A stretch of DNA of 64,000 nucleotides. Source: an uncultured virus (IMG/VR IMGVR_UViG_3300015610_002171) (taxonomy: Duplodnaviria; Heunggongvirae; Uroviricota; Caudoviricetes). This document shows positions 32,122 to 43,218 of this stretch, one piece after another; position 1 is the stretch's first letter; each line of letters begins with the position of its first letter. The notes under the pieces are model-generated. The model made no database searches and was not told the origin of the DNA. It worked only from the letters and a program-made list of their open reading frames with translations. The stretch lies in IMG/VR virus record IMGVR_UViG_3300015610_002171, one strand, 5' to 3'. Position numbers and translations under genes: made by a program.

Positions 32122-32793
32122 TTTTATCTTATCTTTTCTTTTAAAACTTCTTTTGGTTGAATTGGTGCGGCAATTAATTCCCAAGCCTGAATCAGCCTTT
32201 CAACAATAAGTTTCCAGTGCTCAGATGCACTTTTAATTGGAATAAAAGTGGCGGCAACAACCTCTTTTCCGAGCATGTGTTCTCCAAGAATAGGTTTACC
32301 TTCAACCACAAAAGCAATGTGTTGTTGATTGTGGTCAATATCAACTTGAAGTTTTAAAGTGGCGGCATGACCAGAAAGAGAACTATTAAAGGTTTTACTT
32401 CTTAACAAATCAAGATCATAACTGTCAGTATTCGGACCCCTTGGATCAACTTTTACGAGAGAAGAGGTGTCAAGCATTTCGATGCTCCTTTTTTGAATGA
32501 GTTTGCAATCCCCAAAATACGATCTTCAAGAAGATTTTGATCTTCAATACGAAAACTTTCCCCCGTTAAAGTATTAACGAGAATCCAGCCCATTCCCGTA
32601 TCAATAGTTGTACAAATTAATTTTTCGTCAAGCAAAACGTTGTATTGTTCAAGACAAGGAGTCTTTGACTCCCTAAGATCAGGAACCAAAACAAATTCTA
32701 GATCGTGGAGTTCTAGGTTTTGCATGGTAGCAAGATAACCAGCCCCAATTAGCTCGTAAAGCTGAAAGGCAAAATATAGTAAATTAAATTTTT

Positions 32794-33366
32794 TTAATCT
32801 AAAATATGGATCTGTTTTTCGTATAGCATCAAAGTATGCTCTGCGTCCCATTTTGCATCGTGGTGTCCTTCGACATTTAAATCGGGAAAGAAATATTTGA
32901 GTTGAGTTACTAATGAGGAATTTAAATCTTCTGGAAGGATTCCCAATGATTTAAGAAAAATGCCTTGAACTTTAGTGTCTTTTGTTTCTCTTGAGAAGTA
33001 AAAACTAAATTCTTCATCGGCCAACAAGAAGTTTTTAACTCTTGGGATATCAAACTCTAAAACATTTTGCCCAATTATGTCCATTTTTCTTGTATGGTTT
33101 GGAACATGTTTTGAAAGAAACTCTTTTAGTTTCTTTGCTCCAATTTCATAAGTATCCGCTATCTTAGAATGGTGTTCTAAATTAATTCTATTGATCTCAA
33201 GCGCTCGCCCTTCAACCAAAAACACACCATCAGAAGGTTTTAATTTCAAATCTATAGTATCTATAGGTTTTAGATTTTCATCTGCTATTATGCCGTATAA
33301 AGTCAAGAGACTTGCTTTCTCTGAAAGTCCCCCTGTTTCCGTGTCAAAACAAAAGTATTTTTTCAT
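32794..33366 (-). CDS. DEDDh 3'-5' exonuclease
   Basis: FDTETGG, GQNV..FD, HDAKWD. Confidence 0.85.
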   Translation of the reverse strand: MKKYFCFDTETGGLSEKASLLTLYGIIADENLKPIDTIDLKLKPSDGVFLVEGRALEINRINLEHHSKIADTYEIGAKKLKEFLSKHVPNHTRKMDIIGQNVLEFDIPRVKNFLLADEEFSFYFSRETKDTKVQGIFLKSLGILPEDLNSSLVTQLKYFFPDLNVEGHHDAKWDAEHTLMLYEKQIHILD

Positions 33367-33896
33367 TATTTTGTATTTTCCTTTTTATTTACTAAATTCA
33401 ACGATATATCCGAGTTTTATAAAAGTTGCGAGTGTAATAGTTCCCAAAATTAAAGCTATAAATGATATTATTTTTTGGGCTCTTAGCTGAATAATTTCTT
33501 CATTGTTTTTTGTTGTTTCTAATTGTTTAATTAAAAACTTATAGTCTGCATATATTGCATCGAGTACAAACAATAAAAAAATGCTACCTAAAAAAAGAAA
33601 GATTTTGTTGATTATCATTGTTTTTTTGAGCCTTTCTCTTTTAGTTTGAGAGCAAGTAAAAACATCCCAATTATAATACTGACACAAACCATATACCAGA
33701 ATAAAACTAGCTGTTGCACCTGCTTAACTGAACCACTAAATTTGTTTCTGTCAAGCCCCGCACGCGCACCAGAGCCTCTATTGCCCGCGCGCGTGAGCGC
33801 GTATCCTCGTCCCGCGTTCCGATTGTCGGCAACAGAACCGCCCGACTTGTCAACCGTCCGATTAATTTTTCGATTGTCCCGAGCTAACATCGCGGA

Positions 33897-33925
33897 TTGA
33901 CACGGGATTTTGCGGGGGCTAGACT
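33897..33925 (+). promoter_or_regulatory. sigma70-type promoter in GC-rich divergent junction
   Basis: TTGACA-17-TAGACT at the minus/plus strand switch. Confidence 0.65.
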
Positions 33926-35175
33926 GTGGGGACAGGAGGCGCGACTTTTGATAAAAAACGCGATAATCACAGCTCTAAAACAAATTGGTGTCCATTATTT
34001 CTTTCACATGGTTGGTGTGGTTATTGGTTTAACGATGTCGATAGCGGTAATCTACATAGGTTTTCTATATCTGGTCTATTTTTGTCGGTAAACAAAAACA
34101 GGAGAGCAAATATGGATCTAGACGTAGATAGCATTTTGGAAAGATTCAAAAAATGGGTTAAGTATTTGGTAGTAGGAATATGGACTTTAATTATTTTTGG
34201 TATAACTGGGTTTTCGCTGTTAATATATTTTGCTTTCCAAAACTTAGAACATTTAAAAATTCAAAGTCAAGAGTCCCTTTCAGGAGTTCAAAAACTAAAT
34301 GGAAAAAATCAACGATAACTTTATTCTAGACCTTTCCTCAAAAGAGGAATCGAACGTTGGAGTTAAACTATCAAAAGAAGTTAGTAAATTTAATAAGTTA
34401 ATAGAAAAAGGACTTAATTCTGGAAAATACATTAGGATAAATCCCCAAGTTGGTGGATTTATTTTTATTGTAGAAAAACAAAAACCTGGGACGGACTATG
34501 ATTTTCAAACACTATGTTCTTCTCATACTTTTACAAATCCTAAAATTATAATAGATTATCTTTTTGGTGTAGTTGAAATAACAGATATTTCACCAGAAAC
34601 TGTTTTGCAGTTTTTTATTGCAAAACACGGAACTGTAAAAAAGGCAATTAAAGAAATAAATTTAACTCTGAATCAAAAATCTAACTAATAAACAAGGCAG
34701 GAATCAAAAACATAAAATGAGTATATCAATTCGAAGTGCGAAAGAAGTTCTTTCGGTCCTAAAAAAGAAAACACAGTTTAATGTTAAATTTACTAATGAA
34801 ACAAAGGAAGTTTGTTTAACCAAAAAATATTCTTTAATTGGAAAAGGTAGGTTTGGAGGTACCGATATTGTTTTTGAAGGTTCAGATGGTAACAAATATT
34901 TTATTAAAGACATGCAATCAACAGTAAAAAATGTTGGACCAAATACTCCAAGTGAAGGAATAAATAAAATCTTTTCCATTACAAAGATATCATCTTCGGG
35001 GGAAGAAGAAAGAGAAGTCTTTTTCTCTACAAAAAGAGAGCCGAAAAAACACGAATTGTCTGTTTATGTTACTCCGTTAAAAGTTGCAAAAGAAATCTCG
35101 CAAGCAGTTAAGATTCTTAAAAGAACTGACAACTGGAAAGAAATCGTCCCTAGTATTTGAAAAAAAGGCAACCAG

Positions 35176-36045
35176 ATGAAATATCTCCATATAACAGACA
35201 CACATTTTGATCACTTGTTTTCTCCCGCTTTCTTTGACACACAAGAGGCAATGATACAAGATCATTTTAAAAAACTTGATTCGTTTATTAACTCTATTAA
35301 TTCTGGAAAGGAGAAAAACATTTTTTTAACTGGAGATATTTCATCTGGTAGGTTTATTAAAACTCACTTAGAATATCTCGGGAAAAAGTTAACCAACAAG
35401 AAATTGTTTTTTGTTTTAGGAAATCATGATTTTTATCACTCTTCTTTTGAAACAGTCAACGAAGAAGTGAAAGATCTTCTTTCTTTGGAAGAATATAAAG
35501 ATAAACTAATTTATTTGGAAAATCAATCTTATTATGATAATCTTTCTCAAGTTTTAATAGTTGGAGCAAATGGTTGGTATGATGGAGAATATTCTCCATT
35601 TGTTTCATCAACTGTTAAAATGAATGATTATTATATTATAAAAGAACTTAATTCTATAAGAATAAAATCAGTTCCTGCATTAAGAGAGGAATGTAAACGA
35701 CTGTCAACAGTTGCGGCAACCAAAATTAAAACCGACATAGAGAATGGAATTAAACAATATTCTCCAAAAAAAGTTGTTATATTAACACACGTGCCTCCAT
35801 TTAAGGAGTTGTCGACTTATAAAGGAAAAATCTCAAACGACGAATGGTTGCCTTGTTTTAGTTCAAAATTTTTTGGTGATACTGTGCTGGAAACAGTTTC
35901 CAATTATAAAGAAATTCAGTTTTGTTTATTCTGCGGCCACTCACACGACGAAGCATACTTTAATCCGTGTGAGAATCTCCAGTGCCGAACGGGCAAATCT
36001 GAATACGGAAGCCCAGAGAAGTCTATATTCCGAAGTAAGTTTTAA
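35176..36045 (+). CDS. Calcineurin-like metallophosphoesterase
   Basis: DTH, GD, GNHD, THVPP, GHSH. Confidence 0.9.
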   Translation: MKYLHITDTHFDHLFSPAFFDTQEAMIQDHFKKLDSFINSINSGKEKNIFLTGDISSGRFIKTHLEYLGKKLTNKKLFFVLGNHDFYHSSFETVNEEVKDLLSLEEYKDKLIYLENQSYYDNLSQVLIVGANGWYDGEYSPFVSSTVKMNDYYIIKELNSIRIKSVPALREECKRLSTVAATKIKTDIENGIKQYSPKKVVILTHVPPFKELSTYKGKISNDEWLPCFSSKFFGDTVLETVSNYKEIQFCLFCGHSHDEAYFNPCENLQCRTGKSEYGSPEKSIFRSKF

Positions 36046-36473
36046 AGTTTTGGGTGTTTCACTTTGTAGGTTGACACGTCTCTCTCGCGTGGTCATCTTT
36101 ATCCTGTTTCGGGCAATCCATCAAAAAATAGGAAAAAACCATGAAAGACATAGCATACAACAAGGAAACATTGCCCGTCGAACTTCAAACAGATGATCAA
36201 GTGAAAGCATTAATTCTTTTTCTTGTTAAAGAAATTTATGGTTCGTTTGCATTCGACGCAAATCTTGTAAAAGATGTGGACGGAATGTGGATTTTGTTCC
36301 TTCCAAGTCGAAAGACAACACTTTACTACGAAACATCTTTGAAAAAGATGTATGATGTTTTAATGGAAGAATACGAAGGTTATATTTTATATTCGACGGC
36401 GACAAGTGAATATAGTCAATTCAAAAATATTTTTAACAACTCGTTAAATTAACCTTAACAAAAGACAAATTCA

Positions 36474-39065
36474 ATGAAAACAAAAAAAGTGGCAACCGCC
36501 AAAGGTACACCTGGGTTTTCTTTATTAGATGCGTTTTTAAAAACGATAAAACTCGACAAAGACGAGACAGCGATAGACATTACACAAAATCCAGAAAAAC
36601 TTGTTGGTTTCACTGGATGGAAGAAAATAAAATTAGTTAATAATCCAGAAAAAGAAGCTTATTTCTATTTCAAAAAAGGCATACCGTCAGCGCCATTAGA
36701 TTCTTTTACAAAAGAGTTTGCCAAAAATTTGTCAAACTTGGTTGACAAGAATAAGTTTAAAAAAAACTTATCAGCTTTTCTTTGCCTAGATAATTGTGAA
36801 GTTTTGTTTTCAGACGAATCAACAGAAATAATAGTTAACACACTAACTTCGAATGAAAACATCCGCGAAATTTCTTTTACAAAAGACGGTAAAATAGCAT
36901 TTTATGCAGATGAATATGCAAATTATAGTGGCAAAAAATTTCTCGCTGACAAAGCTGACTCAACCTTCGAGTTCATCGAAAAACTCTTTAAAAAAGAGAA
37001 AGCCGAAAAAATTGAAAAAGAAACTAAAGGAAAAATTGTTGAAGTAAACAGTTATGATGAATTAAGTGTAAAAAGTAATTTTACAGGGGTTTTAAAACTA
37101 CCCATAGGAAAAAGTTGGAACTATTCTGGTTACAAAGAACTTCATTATAAAAATGGAGATTATCACCGTTTAAATGGTCCTGCAATAGAATTATACGATG
37201 GGACCAAAGAATGGTATAAAGAAGGACAAAGACATAGAACAGATGGTCCTGCAATTGAGCGCACAAACGGAAGAAAAGAATGGTGGGCCGAAGGAAACCG
37301 TCATAGACTAGATGGTCCTGCAATTGAGTGGTCAAACGGGGGCAAAGAATGGTATATTGAAGGTAAATTCTTTTCGCAAGAAAAAGAATTTAAGGCTGCT
37401 GTAAAGAAGTATCTTGAACTCGAAAAACTGGTAAAAGAAACCAAGGCAAAATTAAGTTCTAAGCTTAGTTCATCAAAGGATACAAAACTAATTTCTGAAA
37501 AAAACACAAACTTGAAAGAAGTCGTAAAAGAAAACTCGCCAAAAGACTTGGCAATAACTGCCAACTTTCCAAGTTTAAAAGAAGTTGAGCCTAATTTTTC
37601 TGGCAAAGCCACTGTTGGGGGCGTTCCTTGTCATTTCACAAACGGATTGCTTCACAATGAAATTGGACCTGCGGTCGAATCTGAACTTGTAGAAAGAAAT
37701 TACGCAATCAATGGAATTGTAATGACAAAAGCTGAGTTCTTAAACTTTAAGAGTTTTGAAACTCGATTTAGAGGAGAAACCCCAGAATTTCTTTTAAATA
37801 CTTTAAAAGCAACTAAATCTGTAGAAAAAATTAAACTTAACGGACTTCCTGAATTTGAAGTCGATATATATTCTGTTGGTAACAAAGATTGGTGCTTTTC
37901 GCCTCAATTGATCAATGGGAAATTTTCTGACAGAAAAATACTTACATCGATAGAACTGTATGACAAAGATGGACTTTCGCACTCTAGACAAGCGCCTGCA
38001 ATCATAGACCGTTTTAAAGGATACATGTATTGTGTACATGGAATGATGTACCCATCATCAGAAGAATGGTCTAAAGCCATTAATGGAGAGTTTAAAGAAC
38101 TTAAAAAACTTTACAGAGAAGCGATTGTTTTTGAAGATTTGATAAAGTCGTTAGAACATGTTAAGGAATACTCAGAAAATGAGTTCTTTAAAAATAAAGT
38201 TGGTACTGGGTATGTTTTACGAACCAAAACAATTGATTCTAAAAAACTCGACCAAGTTATTATTTTAAAAGATGGCAACTATCTAGCAAGATTTGTATTT
38301 GTCGATGGTGTTTTAGAAGCTTTTGTTAGATTTAACGGCTCCGCGTTATATCATGCTGATAACGGACCTGCTATCATGGATAATATTTCGGGAACATATG
38401 ATATGGAATTATTTCCAGGTTTTTATGTTGATGGCAAATATTTGAGTATTGATGAATATGAAAAGAAATATAGATTCGATCATCCTAGCAAGATAATAAA
38501 AGATCTTTTATCTGAAATTAACATTGTTCCAAAAAAAGAAGTAGAAGAAACTACTATAACAGAAGAAGTGGTAGAAAAAACCGCAATAAAAACGGTAATA
38601 AACACGATAAAATCAGACTCCAGGGAAGTTGCAAAAAGGCTTGCCGCAAAGAAGATTTCTGATTTCTCTCAAAACATGTTGATAACCATATTGGAAACAG
38701 CTGCGGCAAAAAATAAAAACTTCGAAAAACTCAAAGATTTTTTGAAGTCTTCAAAAGGTAATATTTTGATCAAATTCTTTTCTGGGATTTCAATAGACTT
38801 GTTAAAAGATAAACTTGATCCAAAATATAAAGATCTTTTATTGGAAATAGCATCTGAATTCAGAATTCAATCTGAGACAGATTTGTCGATTGAAATAATT
38901 GATCTTGTTCAAGGGTTGGTGTCTAATATAGACATTCTTTCAAATCTTTCTTCTTTTGAAGAAAAAATCAGAGTTCAAGTTTCAAACTTTGAAACATTAC
39001 CAACTCCAACTCAAGAATTAGAAATAGAATCCAACAACATACCTTCCGCGAAATATGTAAATTAA
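36474..39065 (+). CDS. Large multidomain protein with HRxDGPA repeats
   Basis: Three intact and several degenerate repeats within 863 aa. Confidence 0.8.
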   Translation: MKTKKVATAKGTPGFSLLDAFLKTIKLDKDETAIDITQNPEKLVGFTGWKKIKLVNNPEKEAYFYFKKGIPSAPLDSFTKEFAKNLSNLVDKNKFKKNLSAFLCLDNCEVLFSDESTEIIVNTLTSNENIREISFTKDGKIAFYADEYANYSGKKFLADKADSTFEFIEKLFKKEKAEKIEKETKGKIVEVNSYDELSVKSNFTGVLKLPIGKSWNYSGYKELHYKNGDYHRLNGPAIELYDGTKEWYKEGQRHRTDGPAIERTNGRKEWWAEGNRHRLDGPAIEWSNGGKEWYIEGKFFSQEKEFKAAVKKYLELEKLVKETKAKLSSKLSSSKDTKLISEKNTNLKEVVKENSPKDLAITANFPSLKEVEPNFSGKATVGGVPCHFTNGLLHNEIGPAVESELVERNYAINGIVMTKAEFLNFKSFETRFRGETPEFLLNTLKATKSVEKIKLNGLPEFEVDIYSVGNKDWCFSPQLINGKFSDRKILTSIELYDKDGLSHSRQAPAIIDRFKGYMYCVHGMMYPSSEEWSKAINGEFKELKKLYREAIVFEDLIKSLEHVKEYSENEFFKNKVGTGYVLRTKTIDSKKLDQVIILKDGNYLARFVFVDGVLEAFVRFNGSALYHADNGPAIMDNISGTYDMELFPGFYVDGKYLSIDEYEKKYRFDHPSKIIKDLLSEINIVPKKEVEETTITEEVVEKTAIKTVINTIKSDSREVAKRLAAKKISDFSQNMLITILETAAAKNKNFEKLKDFLKSSKGNILIKFFSGISIDLLKDKLDPKYKDLLLEIASEFRIQSETDLSIEIIDLVQGLVSNIDILSNLSSFEEKIRVQVSNFETLPTPTQELEIESNNIPSAKYVN

Positions 39066-39378
39066 AATTGCCCTTGACGCGAGCCTGTGCCAGTGTTACA
39101 GTCCGTCGCTATGGAAAAACTCAAATTGCTTTTTCAAAAAATAAAAGACTTCGTTGCAAACAACAAAGTTTATTTAGTTTCAATTTTTACAGCGATGATT
39201 CTTCTCGTTGTGTTAGTTATGGCCGCTTCTAAATGTGAAGTAGCACAACAGCCAACGTTTACCAACCATTTGTATTTGAGGGATGCATTTGTAACAGAAA
39301 TATCTGTGGATGCATCAACTTTGGATTCTGCATTATTTGACAGATAAAATAACAAAACCACATATAAAGGAAAAGAAA

Positions 39379-41466
39379 ATGGACAGACAAAAACTTCTTT
39401 CTTTGGTTAAAGAAACCAAAAGAATCCCAACTGATTTTGATAAAGGAATAGATTCCACTAAGCCAATCAAACAGATTGAATCTGTTGTTCAATTGGACAA
39501 TAAATTAATGACGTTGGGTTATCGTCTGTCTCCTGAATTGTTTTTTTGGGCAGAGAGCCTATCAAAAGACAATCTGCAAAAACTCAACAGATTAATTGAA
39601 ATCTCTCTTGCTTCAATATTGGGAACTGATTTAAAATATTTTCCATTCTTTGCAAACTTTGGTAAAGATAATTTTAATTTAACAGAAAGAAACATTTATG
39701 ACTTATTTGTGAGTTATGGAAAGTACACTCATTCTTATGAAGAATATTGCAAAGACAAGGAAGCGTTCAAAGAAAATTCTTTGAGGAATTTCTCTGTTTT
39801 TAACTTAGGAAAATCTTTTATCGAAGAAGTTGAACTACAAGTTAAAAGACTTGTTGAATCTTCAATTCCTTTATCAGAAAATAGCTTAATATTCATCAAA
39901 ACATTTGGTGCTGAACTTTCAAATGAAAGTTTGGAGAAATTTAATCCATCTATTAAAGAAAACGCGGCACTCTTAAACAAAATAAAATACGAGCGAGGAC
40001 TTTCTTCTATTACATGCGCAACAACAACAGATCTCTTGAGATTTATTGTTGCCATAAATGATGGCGATGTAACTCTTACAAAACCAACAAAGTTTAAAAA
40101 CTTTCCACGAAAGTTTAGAAGAACTATTTTTGGGTTAATTGAGAAATTGTCAAAGACCAATAAATCTTATGTTGCGGATGCTATTTCTTATTCCGAGGAA
40201 TGGAAACGTATTGGAGAAAAAATTCACCCACATGAATCTAAATTTGATTCTGTAAAACATTTCTTCTCTGAAACAAGAGGAGACACAAATACAGAATATA
40301 CAGTCAATTCACTTTTAGAAAAAGCCTTGTCTTCTGGAAACAAATCTTCTGTTTTGGAATTTTTCCAAACATACCCATCTCTTTTGGGCCGCAACCTAGA
40401 CAGAGTATTAAGATCATATTCAGATATTGCTCCGTCCGAAATCAAAAAACACTATAAAACTTTTTCTAGCAAGGTTATAATTTCATTAATTCAACACTTG
40501 AAAAATAGAAATTCAAGTGAAAGAATGTTCACAAACAAAAAAGGTGAGATTTTCTTTACGAAAAACACAAACAAAGAGCTAGACTCTTCTAGAGTAGACG
40601 AAGTTCTTTCTGATCTTAAAGGTGAGTTAAAATCTAGAATTAAATCATATAAAGAAATTACTGTGTCGAAGGACTTGGAAACTGTAGCTATTCCAACATC
40701 AGATAAACTAAAACCAAGAGGAATTGGAATTCTTCCAATTGGTTCAGAGACAAAACTGTCTGATGTTGACACGCTTAGATTTTTTATCTACTGGCACCAA
40801 TCATCTTCTAGAACAGACTATGATTTGTCTACAATATTCCTAGACAAAAATTTTAAACTTGCTTCACAAGTATCTTATACCAGATTAGGAAATGATTTTG
40901 CTCGTCATAGTGGAGACATAACATCTGCTCCAAACGGGGCATCTGAATTTATTGACATTAAATTAGCAAAAGTAAACAGTAATATAAAATACATTATTCC
41001 GCAAGTAAACGTTTTTGCAGGCGAAAAATTTAACTCTGTCAAAGAAGTTTTCTTTGGATTCATGGAAAGAAATGAATCTGAAAAAGGTTTAGCTTTTGAA
41101 CCAAAAACAGTGAAGTTTAAATCTGAACTTCAAGGAGAGTACCAGTTGGCATTACCAGTCATTTTCATTAGAGAAGATGACGGTTCTTGGACAGCTAAAT
41201 GGATGCACCTTGGATTGGGTTCACATACTTCTTTTATGGGACAAGTTGAAAAAAATTCCAAAAACACATCCTTGCTTGTGAAGGCTATTGTGAATAAAAA
41301 CTTCTTTAAAGTTGGAGAACTTGTTGATCTATACAAAGAAAAACAAGACAAAGAAGCTAAACAAGATTTGTTTGTTTATTCAGAGTTAATTGAAACAGAA
41401 TTGGCACCAGGAACTAAGTTTATTGGACAAGCAAACTTGCAAGATTTAATTCCAGAAAAGGAATAA
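39379..41466 (+). CDS. Large helical protein with C-terminal TerD-like domain
   Basis: LRFFIYW..RTDYDLS..HSGDITSAPNGASEFIDI (TerD/TerZ motifs). Confidence 0.8.
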   Translation: MDRQKLLSLVKETKRIPTDFDKGIDSTKPIKQIESVVQLDNKLMTLGYRLSPELFFWAESLSKDNLQKLNRLIEISLASILGTDLKYFPFFANFGKDNFNLTERNIYDLFVSYGKYTHSYEEYCKDKEAFKENSLRNFSVFNLGKSFIEEVELQVKRLVESSIPLSENSLIFIKTFGAELSNESLEKFNPSIKENAALLNKIKYERGLSSITCATTTDLLRFIVAINDGDVTLTKPTKFKNFPRKFRRTIFGLIEKLSKTNKSYVADAISYSEEWKRIGEKIHPHESKFDSVKHFFSETRGDTNTEYTVNSLLEKALSSGNKSSVLEFFQTYPSLLGRNLDRVLRSYSDIAPSEIKKHYKTFSSKVIISLIQHLKNRNSSERMFTNKKGEIFFTKNTNKELDSSRVDEVLSDLKGELKSRIKSYKEITVSKDLETVAIPTSDKLKPRGIGILPIGSETKLSDVDTLRFFIYWHQSSSRTDYDLSTIFLDKNFKLASQVSYTRLGNDFARHSGDITSAPNGASEFIDIKLAKVNSNIKYIIPQVNVFAGEKFNSVKEVFFGFMERNESEKGLAFEPKTVKFKSELQGEYQLALPVIFIREDDGSWTAKWMHLGLGSHTSFMGQVEKNSKNTSLLVKAIVNKNFFKVGELVDLYKEKQDKEAKQDLFVYSELIETELAPGTKFIGQANLQDLIPEKE

Positions 41467-41478
41467 TCAAAACAGAAA

Positions 41479-42147
41479 ATGAATATAAACACCAAAGAAA
41501 AAGTTGTAAGAAGCTATTCGGCCATTTTACCAAATGGTAAAGAAATTACGGCAAACTCAGAAAAAACTCTTAAAGAGAAATTTGATAAAGAAATTAAACA
41601 AATTGAATTAGAAGCTAAGATTGACCCTTTTATAAAAATGTTGGATGAGTATTATCCGAATGTTCTTCTTGGAGAAGAATTAGATTTTGATTCACAACAT
41701 GAATTTTGTGATGTTATGGGAATTCCTATTAATTTACTTCGAGTTCTAGAAAGTTCAGTTTATGACATTAGCATTGGTTACGATTTTGAATTTGGACGAT
41801 CGGACGATCCAGATTCTGTTGATGGTGAGGCAATTATATGGTTTACGAAATATACACCAAAAGAGAAAATTTTTGATGAATTCTGCAAGAAGTTTGCCAA
41901 AGAATATTCTGGTCTTGATTTTAAAGATGAAAACGGAAAATTTAGGATAAAGATGTCTGGCGACGACAGTAGTCGATTCAGTAAAAAATATGCAAAAGAT
42001 AATCCTGTCGAATACAAAATGTATTGTGAGCTTGACAAATGGTTTAAAACAGATTTTCCTAAAAAAATAGAAGAAACATTTCTTTCGCGCAAAACAGAAA
42101 AATTTAAATCTCCTGAACAAAAGAAATCTTCAAAAAAAAGAAGATAG
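41479..42147 (+). CDS. hypothetical protein
   Basis: 222-aa ORF. Confidence 0.65.
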   Translation: MNINTKEKVVRSYSAILPNGKEITANSEKTLKEKFDKEIKQIELEAKIDPFIKMLDEYYPNVLLGEELDFDSQHEFCDVMGIPINLLRVLESSVYDISIGYDFEFGRSDDPDSVDGEAIIWFTKYTPKEKIFDEFCKKFAKEYSGLDFKDENGKFRIKMSGDDSSRFSKKYAKDNPVEYKMYCELDKWFKTDFPKKIEETFLSRKTEKFKSPEQKKSSKKRR

Positions 42148-42181
42148 GTTCCATAAAACACTAAGAAAGAAACCAAAAAAA

Positions 42182-43126
42182 ATGTCAACCGAAGTTCATG
42201 TGATGCCTCCTGTTGTTGGTGCGTTAAAATCGGCAATTGAATTTGAAAATCAAGCAAGAACTCCCTGGAGAGGGATTATTCCTGCCCAAAAAGAGTTTTT
42301 AACAGAAACATATTTTCCTTACATGGAAAAAAAGTTTTTGTCTTTGTTTTCTCCCGACGAAATGAAATATATTGCCTCCTTTTCGGCAGATGAAATAAAT
42401 AAGTTTCTAGAAGAGAACAAGTTTTCAATTCGACTTGATCCATTTACTTCCGAAACAGATTTTGGGGCAGCTTCGGTAATGGATATATCTGTCAAATGGG
42501 TTGAAGAAGCCGAACGAACAACAATGTTCGTAGATAAAAATGGCAAAGAAACAAACTATCCAGCGATCAAAATTAAAGACTATTTTGAAACTTTTATGAT
42601 TGACGGAATTCAGTTTGCAGAGATTCATTTAAAATACGAATCAAAAGATCGAATGATTTTGGCGAAAGGACCATTTAACAGCCAAACGGCTAAGAATCCG
42701 CTAAAACTGTATTCAAAAACATTAGTAACAAACAAAGATAAGAAAACGAGAAATGGATTTTCTTCTCTTGTAATTCCAAAAATTAATCTTGACTGTGAAT
42801 CTGACTTATCATTCCTTTTAGGAATGCAGTTCGATGGAGTGGTTTCTTCAACACAAGAACCTGCGACGTTTTGTGTCTCTCAAGCCCTCCAACAAACAAA
42901 GTTTAAATTAAATGAGTTTGGCGCAAGAGCAAGGTCTGCGGCTGCGGTTGCAGTATTACGCTGCGCAACAGTTCGCAAAGAAATGGTTCCCCCATTAGTG
43001 TTTGATGAACCATTTATGTTATGGTTGATAAGAACAGATGAGAAAACAGGGGACGAGGTTGTTTATTTTGCCTCTTATCTTGATATTGATGTTTGGAAAG
43101 AGTCTGGTTCTCTAGACGATATGTGA
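42182..43126 (+). CDS. Serpin-like protein
   Basis: IPKINL, QQTKFKLNEFGARARSAAAVAV hinge/RCL, FDEPFMLWL serpin signature. Confidence 0.7.
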   Translation: MSTEVHVMPPVVGALKSAIEFENQARTPWRGIIPAQKEFLTETYFPYMEKKFLSLFSPDEMKYIASFSADEINKFLEENKFSIRLDPFTSETDFGAASVMDISVKWVEEAERTTMFVDKNGKETNYPAIKIKDYFETFMIDGIQFAEIHLKYESKDRMILAKGPFNSQTAKNPLKLYSKTLVTNKDKKTRNGFSSLVIPKINLDCESDLSFLLGMQFDGVVSSTQEPATFCVSQALQQTKFKLNEFGARARSAAAVAVLRCATVRKEMVPPLVFDEPFMLWLIRTDEKTGDEVVYFASYLDIDVWKESGSLDDM

Positions 43127-43218
43127 AACACATAGTTTAATTTAATATGTATTGCCGCTTTACAGATTAAAGCGGCTGCGCTACGATAGGTGTAGTTGAG
43201 TAGGATAAACCCCAAGAT

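Noticed and set aside
33615..33900. ORFs in the GC-rich junction
   Set aside because: They overlap divergent promoters; probably spurious frames caused by local GC richness.
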